From Candidatus Eremiobacteria bacterium (GTDB lineage: Bacteria; Vulcanimicrobiota; Vulcanimicrobiia; Vulcanimicrobiales; Vulcanimicrobiaceae), in assembly GCA_963737065.1 (NCBI GenBank), contig CAVTRC010000001.1:416001-480000 (forward strand): a stretch of 64,000 nucleotides of DNA, written 5' to 3'. Positions within the stretch are counted from its first letter, which is position 1. Each line of letters begins with the position of its first letter. Under the pieces are notes generated by a model that saw nothing but the letters and a program-made list of their open reading frames with translations, did no database searches and had not been told where the DNA came from. Made by a program: the position numbers and the translations under genes. This document shows positions 1 to 9,232 of the stretch, one piece after another.

Positions 1-86
1 GACCACAGCTGCACGTCCGAGCGCTGCTCGGAAAGCGCGTGAGCGAGGCCCCGTACTGCACTGGCGCGGCGCAAGGCGTCACTCAT
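1..86 (-). CDS. Possible 5' end of a gene running off the window (MSDALRRASAVRGLAHALSEQRSDVQLW...)
   Basis: ATG at 86 on the minus strand, open frame to the window edge; no recognisable motif. Confidence 0.3.
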   Translation of the reverse strand, partial: MSDALRRASAVRGLAHALSEQRSDVQLW

Positions 87-479
87 ATTGTGCTTTTCGA
101 CGGCTTCCGGAATGAACGCCACCCTCCCCTCAGCGGTCGTGGTTCACCGTGTCCGGCGTAACGAGCCTACCATGACACGCCGCCTCCAGAGGCGCTGTGA
201 CACGATTCGCAGTCGCCCGCATAACATTTCCGCGAGCGACGCGTAGTCGAACGCCGCGACGCTTTCGCACCGCGCGCCCTCCCGCAACCGGTGCTTGCGC
301 TGTCCTCGCCGTTGTACCTGCCGTGCATGGGCGTGCAGCACTCTGCCGCCGTAGCGCCTCACCGAAAGCGCACGTGCACGTTGGCGCGCGACACGCGACG
401 ATCGAGCAAGCGGCCAGCGCACCCCTCGCGAAGAATCGCGTGCATCGCAGGACGAACCGCCTGAAGGGAGCTGACGCGT

Positions 480-725
480 ATGGAATTCAGTCGAGCGCTG
501 AGTTTCTCGGCAGACATCCGGCCGCTGTTCACCGATGTAGACGTGAGCCATATGGAGGCAGCCGGACTCGACCTCACGTCACGCGATAGCGTTGCCGCGC
601 AAGCTGCGGCGATTCTCTCGAGCGTGAGTTCAGGCGAGATGCCTCCGCCGGACACCGGCCGCACGTGGACGAAAGAGATGTGCGACACGTTCGAAGCGTG
701 GATGAACCAAGGTTGCCCGCCATAG
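480..725 (+). CDS. Small conserved-looking hypothetical protein (SFxxDIRPLF...GEMPP...W...F..W...G..P)
   Basis: 81-aa ORF, GGGAG upstream, same strand and 22 bp from the ferritin-like gene. Confidence 0.75.
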   Translation: MEFSRALSFSADIRPLFTDVDVSHMEAAGLDLTSRDSVAAQAAAILSSVSSGEMPPPDTGRTWTKEMCDTFEAWMNQGCPP

Positions 726-747
726 ATTTGATGCAAGGAGTACCACC

Positions 748-1311
748 GTGACGTCCGTTAAACAACCGTTCCTCTCCGATATCACAGAACTTCGCCGCCG
801 CGCGAAAGAACAAATCGAGCGCGGGCCCGTGACGCAAAACTACGAAGGCGACGTACAGCATGCTATCGATCTGCTCCAAACGGCATTGGCGACGGAAATC
901 GTTTGCGTTCTTCGCTACACGATGCATTACGTTGCAGCGGTCGGTATTGACAGCGACAGCGTAAAAGAAGAGTTCGCCGAACACGCGCGCGACGAGCGCA
1001 AGCACATGGAAGCCATCGCCGACCGTATCAATCAACTGGGCGGCACACCGAACCTCGATCCGGAAGGCCTCGCCACCCGCTCCGCCACCGAGTACGGAAA
1101 CGCGCAGAACCTGGTCGACATGATCAAAGAAAACTTGGTCGCTGAACGAATCGCCTGCGAACACTATCGCGAGTTGGTGCGCTATTTCGGTGAAAAGGAT
1201 CCGACGACGCGCGTCATGCTCGAAGGCATTCTCGCGCAAGAGGAAGACCACGCAAACGATATGCACGACCTTCTCGTCGCGCACGAAGGACGGCCGTTCC
1301 TCAAAAACTAG
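748..1311 (+). CDS. Bacterioferritin/Dps-like ferritin-fold protein
   Basis: LATEIVCVLRY, DERKH, ENLVAERIA and EEDH diiron-type ExxH motifs; AAGGAG RBS. Confidence 0.9.
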   Translation: MTSVKQPFLSDITELRRRAKEQIERGPVTQNYEGDVQHAIDLLQTALATEIVCVLRYTMHYVAAVGIDSDSVKEEFAEHARDERKHMEAIADRINQLGGTPNLDPEGLATRSATEYGNAQNLVDMIKENLVAERIACEHYRELVRYFGEKDPTTRVMLEGILAQEEDHANDMHDLLVAHEGRPFLKN

Positions 1312-1535
1312 CCGCAAAACCAACACCAAATTCGCGAGTGTGAGCGCGAACCTAACGCGCGCACACTCGCTTCGTGGGCTTCGCATTCGCAAGACATTGA
1401 TATTCGCGAAAGGAGCGCTGCGAGCGCGGCCAAACAATCCACTACGCGCCTTCGCACTATGCGAATAGGCGTCATTTGCAGAAGCGGTTACGTATCGCTT
1501 GCTTCTGCTTTCTCGCTAGTGAGGTGAACCGCTTA

Positions 1536-3386
1536 ATGCCAAAACGTATACGACCGCTAGCGATCGTTGCACTCCTCGCACTCGCAGCGTGTCAAGGCGG
1601 AGGCAACGTATCGAGCATTCCATCGGCCGGTGGAACGTCTCCTGAATCAATGCCCGGAAATGCGCCGGCCGGCAGCGCATCGGCTCAAACGTACAAAGTT
1701 CCTGAAACGGCGCCGCAAGGTATGCGGCTCTACATTCATCTTCCGTTGCGCAACGGCGCGGAACTCGACAAACTCATCCAACAGCAGAGCAGTAAAGATT
1801 CACCGCTCTATCATCACTGGTTGACTCCAGCGCAATTCCGCTCGGAGTTCGGACCGACACAAGCAAGTCTGGATTCGGCCGCAACTGCGTTGCGCGCTCA
1901 GGGCTTCAAAACGACGATCACGTCGCAAGCCGTTATCGCCGATGCTCCGCAAGGCGTTGTTGAACGCACGTTCGGCGTGTCACTCGCGCCGAAGACGTTC
2001 GTCGACGCCGTCACGCGCAAGCGCGTTACGACGCTCAACGCAAGCCGCGCTCCGGTCATGCCTGCGGCGCTCACGAAGCTCGGCGCGCAAGTTGTCGGTT
2101 TGAACAATCTCGCGGCACCGCGATCGAACGCGTTCCTCGTCAACAAAAATCCGCTGCCGGCCAATCGCTATAGTCCGGTCGGCGGATATTTCTACGACGA
2201 CCTCAAACAGGCGTACGATTATCCGTCGTACTTCGTTGCACGAGGCACGGGCGCAAAAGTCGCAATTATCGGCGTGAGCGATTTCAACAACAGCGACCTG
2301 AACCTGTACTTCGGTCACGAAGGGCTACCGACGCCGACGTACATCCGGCGGCCGGTCGACGGCGGCCCCGCTCCGTGCGGCGGCGTCGGCGACGGTAATT
2401 GCGATGAAATTTCACTCGACGTTCAGCAAGCCGGCGGCTCCGCACCCGGTGCGACGTTCTACTATTACGGCGCGCCGACGCCGTCGTATGCGTCGTTCCT
2501 CGACATGTGGACGGCAATCGTCGACGACAACATCGCCGACGTCGTCAGCTCGTCGTGGACGGCAGGCTGTGAACGGTACTTTACGCCCGCGTACAACAAC
2601 GGCGTAAATTACGAGTCTATTCTTACGCCGTTCCACGACATCTGGCGTCAAGGCAACGCGCAGGGGATCTCGTTCCTCAACGCTTCGGGCGATTTCGGCG
2701 CCACCGACTGCACGAATGTCGCAGGTACCGCGACAGTCTACGGTGTCCAAGCCTGGGCCTCGGATCCCGACGTGACTGCGGTAGGCGGGACGAATCTCGT
2801 GACGTCATATCACCCGGGTTCGCTGCGCTCGACCTACGTAAGCGAGAATGAATATCCCGATCCGATCGACCCGGCGTTCGAAGGCGGAGTTTCCGGCTTC
2901 ATCTGGGCATCCGGTGGCGGCAAGAGCATATTCTACAGAAAGCCACTCTACCAGTACCTCGTCAACACCGGTTCATCGACCCGCACGATTCCTGATATCT
3001 CGATGCACATGGGCGGATGTCCGGGGATCGCAATACAACCCTGCGGCCCCGATCGCTCCTTCGACTGGACCGTGATCGACGGTCAATTCTACGGCTTCAT
3101 CGGCACCAGTGCATCGACGCCGGAATTCGCCGGACTGCAAGCGATCCAGGATGGAATCTATCACAACCGCGCAGGAAACGTGAACTATCTCATCTACTTC
3201 CTCGGCGCGTTGGGGACGACCGGCAACGGCCCGGTGTACCACAACAACATCCCGGGCTACAACGGTTATCCTTCGCATAGGGGCTACAATTTGGTGGTCG
3301 GCAACGGTACGCCGTACGCCAGAGAGTATGCGCTGCTTCCGTTCGCCCCGCTCGCGGGCGACCCGCAGACGCCTTCAAATCCGTAA
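1536..3386 (+). CDS. S53 (sedolisin/kumamolisin) family peptidase, lipoprotein
   Basis: LAAC lipobox, activation prodomain, EISLDVQ, ASGDFG and GTSAS motifs; GAGGTG RBS before ATG 1536. Confidence 0.9.
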   Translation: MPKRIRPLAIVALLALAACQGGGNVSSIPSAGGTSPESMPGNAPAGSASAQTYKVPETAPQGMRLYIHLPLRNGAELDKLIQQQSSKDSPLYHHWLTPAQFRSEFGPTQASLDSAATALRAQGFKTTITSQAVIADAPQGVVERTFGVSLAPKTFVDAVTRKRVTTLNASRAPVMPAALTKLGAQVVGLNNLAAPRSNAFLVNKNPLPANRYSPVGGYFYDDLKQAYDYPSYFVARGTGAKVAIIGVSDFNNSDLNLYFGHEGLPTPTYIRRPVDGGPAPCGGVGDGNCDEISLDVQQAGGSAPGATFYYYGAPTPSYASFLDMWTAIVDDNIADVVSSSWTAGCERYFTPAYNNGVNYESILTPFHDIWRQGNAQGISFLNASGDFGATDCTNVAGTATVYGVQAWASDPDVTAVGGTNLVTSYHPGSLRSTYVSENEYPDPIDPAFEGGVSGFIWASGGGKSIFYRKPLYQYLVNTGSSTRTIPDISMHMGGCPGIAIQPCGPDRSFDWTVIDGQFYGFIGTSASTPEFAGLQAIQDGIYHNRAGNVNYLIYFLGALGTTGNGPVYHNNIPGYNGYPSHRGYNLVVGNGTPYAREYALLPFAPLAGDPQTPSNP

Positions 3387-3409
3387 TCCGAACGCGACAA
3401 CCGCATACG

Positions 3410-3437
3410 AACGGCGCTCGAGAAATCGAGCGCCGTT
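3410..3437. terminator. Hairpin between convergent genes (likely bidirectional terminator)
   Basis: AACGGCGCTCGA-gaaa-TCGAGCGCCGTT perfect stem. Confidence 0.7.
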
Positions 3438-3451
3438 TCGCGTAATCGTTG

Positions 3452-4138
3452 TTACAAGCGACCAGTAGTTGCGACTCCGTGCTGTTCCCGCGCGGCCCAC
3501 GCGCCGAACGTCGCGAGAAACGCGACGAAGAGCACGAGGCCGCCGCCGATCCACATGACGGCCGCTGCATTACTCTGATCTCCGAGCGCTGCAGCGGTAC
3601 CCATCACGCTCGCATAGTGCGGATACAAGACGTGCCGCGCCCCGCCTAACGCAAAGGCGAGCAGTGCGGCTTGCGGGAGCGCAACGAACAAATACAGCAA
3701 TCGCGCCGGATACGGCAGCGGACGCAGAGGCGGCGGGCCGAACACCGGCAGCCAAAACAGGATGCCTGCCCCAAGATACAGCGCGTGCTCGGCGACGTGT
3801 GCCCATGTGTGCTCGAGTGCCAACTCGTACAGTCCGGAAAAGTGCGTGGCCCACATCGTCGCGACGAAGAGCAGGAGCGCCGGAACGGGGTGTGCGAACG
3901 CGTGCATCCACTGCGTAGCGCGAACGGTGCGCGCGACAAACGCCTTCGGTACTATTGCGGTAAATGTTTGAAACGGCCGCGACGCGACGAGCGCGGGCGC
4001 AATCAGAAAAACCAGCGCGAGATGCTGCACCATGTGCCACGCGAACGACCCGTCCGCCCGCGCGTCCATCGCTGGCGAAAGCGTGAGCACGAGCGCGCCG
4101 GCAGCCGTCACGTAACAGAGCAACCCGGTGACGCTCAT
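3452..4138 (-). CDS. ctaG: Cytochrome c oxidase assembly protein (Caa3_CtaG family)
   Basis: HMVQH, WATH, HVAEH and ILFW motifs; ATGA overlap with the qcrB stop. Confidence 0.85.
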   Translation of the reverse strand: MSVTGLLCYVTAAGALVLTLSPAMDARADGSFAWHMVQHLALVFLIAPALVASRPFQTFTAIVPKAFVARTVRATQWMHAFAHPVPALLLFVATMWATHFSGLYELALEHTWAHVAEHALYLGAGILFWLPVFGPPPLRPLPYPARLLYLFVALPQAALLAFALGGARHVLYPHYASVMGTAAALGDQSNAAAVMWIGGGLVLFVAFLATFGAWAAREQHGVATTGRL

Positions 4139-5502
4139 CCGATCGTTTCCTCGTCGAATCCGCCCTCGGCATTGCGGCGAAGGCGTACGCGCGGCGCTTT
4201 GTGCACGCCGGCGCGCACGCGCAGTTCGACGCAGATGCAATATGCGAGCACGAACGCGACGATCGGCGCAATCAAGCAAAAGATCTGATAGAAGCGCGTA
4301 ATCGTCGTGATCGGCTCTTGCACGTAGCGCGCCTGCACGTCACCGCTTCCGGCAAGCATCAGGCCGAGACAGAACACGAACACGGCAGCACCGACCGCGG
4401 TGCGAACCGGAACGTTACGCGGCAGGTCTAGCAGATGATGCGAGCGGCGGTCGTTTCGCCATCCCGCCTCGATCCACGGCCACGCAGCCACAAAGATGAA
4501 GAGCACGCCCGGCAGCAACACCGCCATCCAAAACGGCGACGGAATCATGTGACCGAAGAAATGAAACGCCACCGGCGGTCCGACGCGAAGCGCGCCGTCA
4601 AGCCACCCGACATACCAATCGGGTTGCGCCGGACTGACAACTTCCCACGGCTCATACGGTCCCCACACCCAGATAGGATTGATCTGCACGACCGCACCGA
4701 GCGCAAAGACGATCGCAATGATCGCAGCAAAGAGCGCGAGCGACTTCGTCGCGTAATTCGGAAAGAGCGGCGAACCGACGACGTTGTTCTCTCGACGGCC
4801 CGGACCGGGAAACTGCGTGTGCTTTTGGCGCCATAGAACTGCCAGATGGAGGGCGATCAGCGCCGCTAGCGCGGCCGGAATGATGTATACGTGTGTAACG
4901 AACAGCCGAGGCAGCATAACGGCCGAATTCGGGAAGACGCCGCCGACGAGTAGCGACGACGCCCACGCGCCGATGAACGGGATCGAGAGCAGAATCGATA
5001 CGGCGATCCGTAAGCCGGTGCCGCTCAGCAAATCGTCCGGCATCGAATACCCGGCGAATCCCTCGAACATCGCGAGCATCAGCATCCCGAGGCCGATCAG
5101 CCAATTGATCTCACGCGGTTTGCGAAACGCGCCCGTGAAGAACACGCGTCCCATGTGCACGATGATGCCGGCGACGAAGATCAACGCCGCCCAGTGATGA
5201 ACTTGCCGAATCAATAGACCGCCGTTGATCTCAAAGCTGAGCTTCAACGTTGAATCGTACGCGTGCGAAACCTGCGTACCGTCGAGCAGCGAGTACGGCC
5301 CGTGATACGTCAGCTTCGACGCATTCGGATCGAAAAAGAACGCGAGAAACGTCCCGGTCGCGATCAGCACGGCGAAGGTGTACATGTTGATTTCGCCGAG
5401 CATGAAGGACCAGTGATCGGGAAACGCTTTGCGCAGCGCATGGCTTACGAAGTGCGCGGTTCCAAGGCGGTCGTCAACCCAATCCAGTAAGGAACGAACC
5501 AT
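4135..5502 (-). CDS. qcrB: Cytochrome bc complex cytochrome b subunit (actinobacterial QcrB-like)
   Basis: FPDHWSFMLGE, HHWAA, HMGRVFFTGAFRKPRE, QPDWY (PEWY-equivalent). Confidence 0.95.
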   Translation of the reverse strand: MVRSLLDWVDDRLGTAHFVSHALRKAFPDHWSFMLGEINMYTFAVLIATGTFLAFFFDPNASKLTYHGPYSLLDGTQVSHAYDSTLKLSFEINGGLLIRQVHHWAALIFVAGIIVHMGRVFFTGAFRKPREINWLIGLGMLMLAMFEGFAGYSMPDDLLSGTGLRIAVSILLSIPFIGAWASSLLVGGVFPNSAVMLPRLFVTHVYIIPAALAALIALHLAVLWRQKHTQFPGPGRRENNVVGSPLFPNYATKSLALFAAIIAIVFALGAVVQINPIWVWGPYEPWEVVSPAQPDWYVGWLDGALRVGPPVAFHFFGHMIPSPFWMAVLLPGVLFIFVAAWPWIEAGWRNDRRSHHLLDLPRNVPVRTAVGAAVFVFCLGLMLAGSGDVQARYVQEPITTITRFYQIFCLIAPIVAFVLAYCICVELRVRAGVHKAPRVRLRRNAEGGFDEETIG

Positions 5503-5558
5503 TCAACTCGCCTCGGCGGATTGGCCGAAGGCCAACCGCAACGGGTTAATGCGAAGCA

Positions 5559-6368
5559 TTAGCCCTGTTGCCAGAAGCCCGGGCCGACCGGTTCTGGGTA
5601 ATCGCCGCTCGCGCGTACGAAACCATCCGCGGCCACTTCAATCGGCAGACGCGGAAGCGCGTGATCCGCCGGTCCCGACACGACCGCGCCGTCGTTCACG
5701 ACATCGAACACCGATTGATGGCACGGACACATCAGCTGCTTCGCCGTCGCGCGGTAGAGCGCAACGGGACAACCGGCATGCGTGCAAACTTTCGAGTACG
5801 CGACATAGCCGTCAGCAGCGCCGCCGACATCATCCCCGACGCGAATGAGCACCGTCTGCGACTGCGCATCGCCGATCGCACCCTCGGGGAAAACGGTGAC
5901 GACGGAATCGACGTTCAGGTCGGTCGCCTTGACGAACGAGCCGTCCTCGCGTTGCAGTCGCGTGCCTTTGCGCCATTTCGTATGGAACGCGGCATCGCCG
6001 AACGCCGGCCCGAGCGAACGAATCGGAACGATGAGCGCGGCACCGAAAAATCCGAGCGCGGTGTACAGCATGCGCGTGAGAAACCGCTTGCGCGTTGCAT
6101 CGATGATGCCGCTCGTTGCCTCGACGTCCTCAGCGGCGCGATCCCGCGCGCTCGACGGATAGTCGTCGCGCTCGTCCTCGACGTGCTCGTCGGGAAGAAT
6201 CCAAAACGCCCATCCGACGCCGGCGGCGCACAACCCCGCCGCGCAGAGCGCGAACGACAAGCCTTCATAGACGCGGTCGCCGCCGGTCGCATACGCGGCG
6301 ATGAACAACGCTGCGCCGAGCATCGCGAGCAGCAGCGCCGCTGCGATGACGCGATCTTTCACGATCAT
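5559..6368 (-). CDS. qcrA: Rieske iron-sulfur subunit (QcrA-like, three N-terminal hydrophobic segments)
   Basis: CTHAGC and CPCHQS Rieske motifs; ATG 6368 overlaps the ctaE stop. Confidence 0.93.
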   Translation of the reverse strand: MIVKDRVIAAALLLAMLGAALFIAAYATGGDRVYEGLSFALCAAGLCAAGVGWAFWILPDEHVEDERDDYPSSARDRAAEDVEATSGIIDATRKRFLTRMLYTALGFFGAALIVPIRSLGPAFGDAAFHTKWRKGTRLQREDGSFVKATDLNVDSVVTVFPEGAIGDAQSQTVLIRVGDDVGGAADGYVAYSKVCTHAGCPVALYRATAKQLMCPCHQSVFDVVNDGAVVSGPADHALPRLPIEVAADGFVRASGDYPEPVGPGFWQQG

Positions 6369-6958
6369 TGAATCAAGTAGATACTCGCCCAGATGCCGAC
6401 CCAGACGATAAAGACGAAGTGCCAGTAGTACGTCATCGCTTCGGCGCCTTCGCGGTGATACGCGCGCAACGCGCCGCTCCGCATGCCGATAAGCAACGCA
6501 AGCAGAATCCCGACGCCGACCGTAACGTGCAGCAGATGGAAGCCGGTCATCGCGTAGTAAATCGAGCCGTAAGCGTTCGAAGCGACGGTAAACGTGTTGC
6601 CGAAGTACCCGTGGATCGAGAGCGCGATGAACGCGACGGCCGCGATAACGGCTGTTGCGGTCCACCATCGCGCCGCCGTCGTGCGTCGCTTGTCCATGGC
6701 TTTTGTGGCGAACACCATCACGATGCTTGCGATCAGGAGCAGCGCGGTCCCGACGGCCGATTCCACAACGTCGAGGTGCACGCCGGGCGGCGGCCATGTC
6801 GCGCGATTCGCGCGTAGATCGAAGTACGACGCGAAGAGCGCGGCAAAAAACATCAGTTCTGAAGCAAGAAAGAGCACGGTCCCAAAGACGAGCGGATGCG
6901 CGCGTACCGGCAACGGTCGGTGACGAAGGTTATCGTCAACAGAACTCGACACACCCAA
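6365..6958 (-). CDS. ctaE: Cytochrome c oxidase subunit III
   Basis: FLASELMFF, TGFHLLHV, YWHFV; start may be GTG 6952. Confidence 0.93.
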   Translation of the reverse strand: MGVSSSVDDNLRHRPLPVRAHPLVFGTVLFLASELMFFAALFASYFDLRANRATWPPPGVHLDVVESAVGTALLLIASIVMVFATKAMDKRRTTAARWWTATAVIAAVAFIALSIHGYFGNTFTVASNAYGSIYYAMTGFHLLHVTVGVGILLALLIGMRSGALRAYHREGAEAMTYYWHFVFIVWVGIWASIYLIQ

Positions 6959-7004
6959 TGCTACCCGCGCGTGCGATGCTTTATGCGCGGGTAAAAGCGC
7001 GGAT

Positions 7005-7655
7005 GTGTGGTGGTTGACTCATCCTACGACTGCGCAAGCCGGCATGATGCAGCAAACGTGGCTCGTTTCCGTATGCGCGGGCGCGGTCGTCGGGATTTAC
7101 GTCTACGCCGCGATCCTATGGTGTATGTTCGCATACCGGCGTGGCCGCCACGACGCCAAGGATTTCACCGGCAATCCTCCGCTCGAAATCACGTACACGA
7201 TCATCCCGCTGATCATCGTGATCGGATTGTTTCTCGTGACGTTCCACGATGAGGTGCCCGTCGATCATGTCTCCGCAAAGCCACAGAACCGCGTCGACGT
7301 CACGGCGTTCCGATGGTCGTGGCGCTTCGGCTATAACGGTGACCGGGTGACGTCGACCGGCACGCCGCAATCACCGCCGACGCTCTATCTGCCCGTCGAC
7401 CGAACCACCGAAATCGACCTCTCCAGCGCGGACGTCAATCACTCGTTTTGGGTTCCCGCGTTCCTCTTTAAGCGAGACGCGATTCCGGGAATGACGAATG
7501 TCTTCGATGTCACGCCGAGCCGCACGGGAACGTATCTTTCGCGCTGCGCCCAATTCTGTGGCCTCGACCACGCCGTCATGACGTTCACCGTCGACGTCGT
7601 TGCAGACGACGCGTATGACCGCTACATCGCTTCGAATGGAGCGGTCAAGCCGTGA
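7005..7655 (+). CDS. ctaC: Cytochrome c oxidase subunit II (CuA), no fused heme c
   Basis: LEITYT, DVNHSFWVP, CAQFCGLDHAVM. Confidence 0.93.
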   Translation: MWWLTHPTTAQAGMMQQTWLVSVCAGAVVGIYVYAAILWCMFAYRRGRHDAKDFTGNPPLEITYTIIPLIIVIGLFLVTFHDEVPVDHVSAKPQNRVDVTAFRWSWRFGYNGDRVTSTGTPQSPPTLYLPVDRTTEIDLSSADVNHSFWVPAFLFKRDAIPGMTNVFDVTPSRTGTYLSRCAQFCGLDHAVMTFTVDVVADDAYDRYIASNGAVKP

Positions 7656-9232
7656 TCGACTGGCTGACCGCGACCGATCACAAGAAGATCGGCATCATGT
7701 ACATCTTCGCGACGATGACGTTTTTCGTCGCCGCCGGCATTCTGGCGATGATGATTCGGGCGCAACTTGCTCGGCCCGATAATACGCTGCTCTCGCCGCA
7801 CCTCTACAATCAGGTCTTCACTCTGCACGGAACCGCGATGATTTTCTTCGTCATCGCACCGTTCGCTCTCGGCTTGGCGAACTTCATCGTACCGTTGCAG
7901 ATCGGCGCGCCCGACATGGCGTTTCCACGCTTGAACGCGACGTCGCTCTGGCTCTTCGTGATTGGCGGCATCGTGATGTTCGCCGGGTTTGCGACGTACG
8001 GCGGCGCGAGCGCAAACGGTTGGACGAACTACGCGCCGCTCTCGGAGATCAGCCAAGGCACGGGCGCAGGCAACGACTTCTGGACGATCGGCGTGCTTCT
8101 GGCGAGCGTCTCGACCATTCTCACCGCAGTGAACTTGACGACGACCGTCTTCTTACTGCGCGCACCCGGCATGACGATGTGGCGCGTGCCGATCTTCACG
8201 TGGGAAATCATCGCGACGGCGCTCTTGATCCTGATGGCGTTTCCGTCGCTCACCGCCGTGCTCTTCATGGTGTTGATCGACCGCCACCTCGGCGGACATT
8301 TCTTCGACCCCGCCTACGGCGGCAATCCGGTCCTTTACCAGCACCTCTTCTGGTTCTTCGGCCATCCGGAAGTTTACGTGATGGTCTTGCCGTACTTCGG
8401 CATCGTCACGGAAGTCATCGCAACGTTCTCGCATAAGCCGGTCTTCGGTTACGTGGGGCTCGTGATTTCCGCGTTTGCGATCGCCGGTCTCTCGATGGGC
8501 GTCTGGGCGCATCACATGTTCACGACGGGCGCCGTCAGCAATCCGTTTTTCTCGATGGTGTCGTTCCTGATTGCCGTGCCGACCGGAGTTAAGTTCGTGA
8601 ATTGGATCGGCACGATGTGGAAAGGCTCGCTCGAGTTCACGACCTCGATGCTCTTTGCGCTCGGTTTTCTTTTCAATTTCTTGCTCGGCGGCATTACGGG
8701 CGTCATGATCGCGTCGCCGCCGATCGATTATCAAGTGCACGACTCGTATTTCATCGTGCATCACTTCCACTACACGCTCGGCGGCGGCAGCATGTTCGCA
8801 CTCTTCGCGGGCCTCTTTTTCTGGTTCCCGAAGATCTTCGGCGTACGGCTGAATGAAACGCTCGGGAAGTGGTTCTTTGCGTTGATGTTCATCGGCTTTA
8901 ACTTGACGTTCATCCCGATGGCGTTCATGGGCCTCGAAGGCATGGCGCGGCGCGTCTACACCTATCCGAACATCGAACACCTCGCGCTGCTCAACGGGCT
9001 CGCCACCGCGGGCGGATTGATCATGGCGATCGGCGTCGTGCTCTTCTTCGTCAATGTTTTCATCTCGGCGTTCGCCGACGTGCCCGTTCCCGCGAATCCA
9101 TGGGGCGGCTTCACACTCGAGTGGCTCACGTCCTCACCACCACCCGAGCATAACTTCGAAACGCTCCCCCCGATCAACAGCCGCCGCCCCGCCTGGGACG
9201 CCGCGGGTCATCCTGAGCCCGTCGAAGGATGA
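7652..9232 (+). CDS. ctaD: Cytochrome c oxidase subunit I (A1-type)
   Basis: DHKKIG, DMAFPRLN, WFFGHPEVY, WAHHMF, HFHY. Confidence 0.97.
   Translation: MIDWLTATDHKKIGIMYIFATMTFFVAAGILAMMIRAQLARPDNTLLSPHLYNQVFTLHGTAMIFFVIAPFALGLANFIVPLQIGAPDMAFPRLNATSLWLFVIGGIVMFAGFATYGGASANGWTNYAPLSEISQGTGAGNDFWTIGVLLASVSTILTAVNLTTTVFLLRAPGMTMWRVPIFTWEIIATALLILMAFPSLTAVLFMVLIDRHLGGHFFDPAYGGNPVLYQHLFWFFGHPEVYVMVLPYFGIVTEVIATFSHKPVFGYVGLVISAFAIAGLSMGVWAHHMFTTGAVSNPFFSMVSFLIAVPTGVKFVNWIGTMWKGSLEFTTSMLFALGFLFNFLLGGITGVMIASPPIDYQVHDSYFIVHHFHYTLGGGSMFALFAGLFFWFPKIFGVRLNETLGKWFFALMFIGFNLTFIPMAFMGLEGMARRVYTYPNIEHLALLNGLATAGGLIMAIGVVLFFVNVFISAFADVPVPANPWGGFTLEWLTSSPPPEHNFETLPPINSRRPAWDAAGHPEPVEG

Noticed and set aside
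144..589. ORFs 144..551(-) and 197..589(+)
   Set aside because: Arg/Ala-rich with no motifs, and they overlap the better-supported 480..725 gene
1334..1372. Hairpin GCGAGTGTG...CACACTCGC as a possible ncRNA
   Set aside because: Most simply a terminator or stabilising hairpin after the ferritin-like gene
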